DNA of 64,000 nt, from positions 372,001 through 436,000 of the forward strand of contig NIVC01000349.1 in assembly GCA_002269645.1 (NCBI GenBank), written 5' to 3'. The position numbers and the translations under genes were made by a program. Below the pieces are notes generated by a model. It saw only the letters and a list, made by a program, of their open reading frames with translations. It was not told the origin of the DNA and searched no databases. The DNA comes from Macrostomum lignano (taxonomy: Eukaryota). Shown here in pieces: positions 32,321-64,000 of this stretch. Each line of letters opens with the position of its first letter. The stretch's first letter is position 1.

Positions 32321-32689
32321 CCTCAACAGCCGTACGCAGCCTTCAGATGTGCCGCGCAATAGCTGCGGCTGAGCTGTCGGTTGCACATCTGCCCAATTTA
32401 ATCTAAATATGAGTTTTCCACTTTCAATTGAAATATTAGAATGAAACAAAAGCTTAACACTATCGAATTTGCAGGGATTGGTTTTCAAAGATTCGAAACA
32501 GGCCTGGGCAGGATGGCGGGTCAGCTTCAAAAAACACGCTTCAGTCTCAGCAGCCAGAGCCGGCTGCTGTTCTGTTCCCAGACTGCGTTCCGGAAAGCTT
32601 GAGGCCAACTTTTGGGGTCTGTTGGCCTTTTTTGCTCACACTATTTGACTACTCTGTCAACGCGTTCACTGCTCAAATCTCCCAGTCTC

Positions 32690-33030
32690 CATCAGTCATT
32701 ATCATTGAAATAATAGAATCTCCCGGAATCCTCATCAACCATTATCATTGAAATAACAGAATCTCCCGGAATCCTCTTCAATCATCATCGCGAGATCCCA
32801 GAGTATTCCGGAATCTCCATCAATCATTATCATTAAAATAACAGAATCTCCCAGAATCCTCTTCAATCATCATCGCGAGATCCCAGAATCTCCCGGAATC
32901 CTCATCAATCATTATCATGAGATTCCAGAGTATTCCAGAATCCCCATCAATCATTATCATGAGATCCCAGAATCTCTCAGAATCCTCATCAATCATTATC
33001 ATGATATCCCAGAATCTCACGTATCCTCAT
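32690..33030. repeat. ~36-40-bp degenerate minisatellite (ATCAATCATTATCAT...CCAGAATCTCCCGGAATCCTC)
   Basis: Direct inspection. Confidence 0.85.
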
Positions 33031-33040
33031 CACTCACCAG

Positions 33041-33290
33041 ATCACGCAGGACACGCACCTGGTTGCGCGGGTATTCGCCGCTGACTGCACCTCAACCGCC
33101 AAGCAGCTCAAGCAAACCAAGGAGTCCCTGATCTCCGATTCCTCTAAACGGAAAATGAAAATCAAAGGCAAATCCCGCTCGGTGTGGCTCAGCCCCACCG
33201 CTGGGGAGAAGATCGAGGTGTGGAAGCTGTACTTCAATGCTGATAATCGCTGCGAGAAACTGCTGGCCTGGCTGCCCGGCACTGACCTCT
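33041..33290 (+). CDS. Same gene, exon (an exon starting at 32582 probably precedes it; its donor is unresolved)
   Basis: caccag|ATC...CTC T|GTGAGT; ITQDTHLVARVF...LLAWLPGTDL. Confidence 0.7.
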
Positions 33291-33479
33291 GTGAGTTCCT
33301 ACAATGCTGGCACTGTGGTGTCCGCTAGAATTGCTGGGCTCAAATTTTAAAACAGTGAAATAAGTTCCAGATTTGTATTGCAACCTGCGGTGGCCCTCGG
33401 GTCATCTAAGTTGGGATTATGGATTTAGTATTGAATGCCCCCTGAAATCCTGTGTTTTCTATTCGACTTAGTTCCCGTC

Positions 33480-33820
33480 ACACACACTCCCCATCACCCA
33501 CTCACTCCCCATCACCCACTCACTCCCCATCACCCACTCACTCTCCATTACCGACTCACTCCCCATCACCCACTCACTCCCCGTCACCCACTCACTCCCC
33601 ATCACCCACTCACTCCCCATCACCCACTCACTCTCCATTACCGACTCACTCCCCATCACCCACTCACTCCCCGTCACCCACTCACTCCCCATCACCCACT
33701 CACTCCCCATCACCCACTCACTCCCCATCACCCACTCACTCTCCATCACCCACTCACTCCCAATCACCCACTCACTCTCCATCACCCGCTCACTCCCCAT
33801 CACCCAATCACTTCCTGTCA
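33480..33820. repeat. 18-bp minisatellite (CCCCATCACCCACTCACT)
   Basis: Direct inspection; lies in the last intron. Confidence 0.92.
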
Positions 33821-33836
33821 CCCACCACCACTTCAG

Positions 33837-34018
33837 TTGGCTACATCCTACCCGAAGAGGTTGACAGAGACAAACAATTCAGTTCGGCTGCCGACCAGTC
33901 CAGATACGAGGCTGCAATTCAAAGCCTTGCTCTGTCCCAGGACGACTACGATGTCGAGGGCCCTCCGTTGACGCCGACAGAGCCTTGCGACGAGGATCAA
34001 GGCGAGATCTATATGTAG
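33837..34018 (+). CDS. Same gene, terminal exon
   Basis: cttcag|TT GGC TAC ATC...ATG TAG, phase 1, matching the previous exon. Confidence 0.7.
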
Positions 34019-34133
34019 CCAGCTGCTGCCCAGCCGAATTCACTGTTGAATGTTTCACAAAACTGTTTGCGAAATTCGATTTTTTTCAATAAACTATTCA
34101 CTGCCGTTATATCACGAGCGTAATAATATTGTT

Positions 34134-34525
34134 AGTCTGAGTACTCTCCTGTTGGTCTGAGTACTCTCTTGTTAGTCTGAGTACTCTCCTGTTGGTCTGA
34201 GTACTCTCTTGTTAGTCTGAGTACTCTATAGTTAGTCTGAGCACTCTCCTGTTGGTCTGAGCACTCTCCTGTTGGTCTAAGCACTCTCCTGTTGGTCTGA
34301 GCACTCTCCTGTTGGTCTGAGCACTCTCCTGTTAGTCTAAACACTTTTATATTGGTCTGAGCACTCTCTTGTTAGTCTGAGCACTCTCCTGTTGGTCTGA
34401 GCACTCTCCTGTTAGTCTAAACACTTTTATATTGGTCTGAGCACTCTCCTGTTAGTCTGAGCACTCTCCTGTTAGTCTGAGCACTCTCCTGTTAGTCTGA
34501 GCACTCTCCTGTTGGTCTGAGCACT
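34134..34525. repeat. 20-bp minisatellite (GTCTGAGCACTCTCCTGTTG)
   Basis: Direct inspection; lies between the two convergent genes. Confidence 0.92.
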
Positions 34526-35129
34526 GTCATATTTTTCTGTCAAGTTATTTCTAATTAAGTTTATTTTTGTCAAATTGTTCATATTTATGTAGGGCATGCG
34601 TACTTAATCATATTTATAATTATTTGTCATTGCTATAAACGGGCAACATGTATATTCAGAATTTATTCTGCAGACGCTTTAACTAGGCACGAAAATCGTA
34701 TCTAAATTTATAATTCCATCAGTGTTTCCGTTTACCAGCGGATAATAAACTAAACTTGTGTTTAAAGTGTTGGAAATGAAGAAAATTGCATGTCAAAGCG
34801 TATTTTTAAAATACTTTTTACTAGCAGTAGTACTTTTAGATTATATTTTACGAGCAAAAAATTCAGCATTCTCGCGAAAAGCAACACATTTTCTTTTTTA
34901 AATATATCAATTTTGCGCATAGTTCCGTTTCAAACGCGAACATTGATCGGTTAAATTTTGCTTTCAATTTATAAGAAAGCGTTTAAATTAAAACATTAAA
35001 ACAAATAAAAGTAACAATTGGCAAAGAGAAAGGGAAATATGGGTACTATTTTAATCAGTAGTATATCACAGTTTTATATAAGTAGAAATAGTAAAACAAA
35101 GCATGTTTTGTTAAAATCAACAGTAATAT

Positions 35130-64000
<28,871 letters not shown>

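Overview
Eukaryotic (metazoan) genomic DNA. The GT-AG introns, poly-Ala/Gly-rich coding sequence and minisatellite-filled introns would fit a Macrostomum-type flatworm, but the organism is an inference. The window has two halves. (1) 1-28.3 kb is a nest of mostly decayed mobile elements: a minus-strand Jockey/I-group LINE whose gag-like ORF1 carries an apparently intact ALKBH2/3-like 2OG-Fe(II) dioxygenase domain; a Gypsy LTR element (4-bp TSD, tRNA-Leu PBS, PPT, -1 frameshift site) whose RT-RNaseH-integrase region is missing and replaced by an antisense Loa/Lian-like LINE; a fragmented Polinton/PLV-like region (protein-primed PolB, spliced tyrosine recombinase, PWWP domain, possible RPA-like OB fold); solo LTRs; and several Ingi-like LINE 3' ends, all sitting at CAG tracts, including a head-to-head two-element chimera that splits an ORF. 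(2) 30-64 kb holds an unidentified plus-strand multi-exon gene with a probable 8-nt microexon, and the 3' 17 exons of a minus-strand CFAP54 orthologue. 13 of its 16 introns contain a tandem-repeat array, nearly all with different units, and one intron also contains a long-TIR mariner with an in-frame internal deletion. Coordinates were counted by hand and protein identities come from recognised motifs, not database searches.
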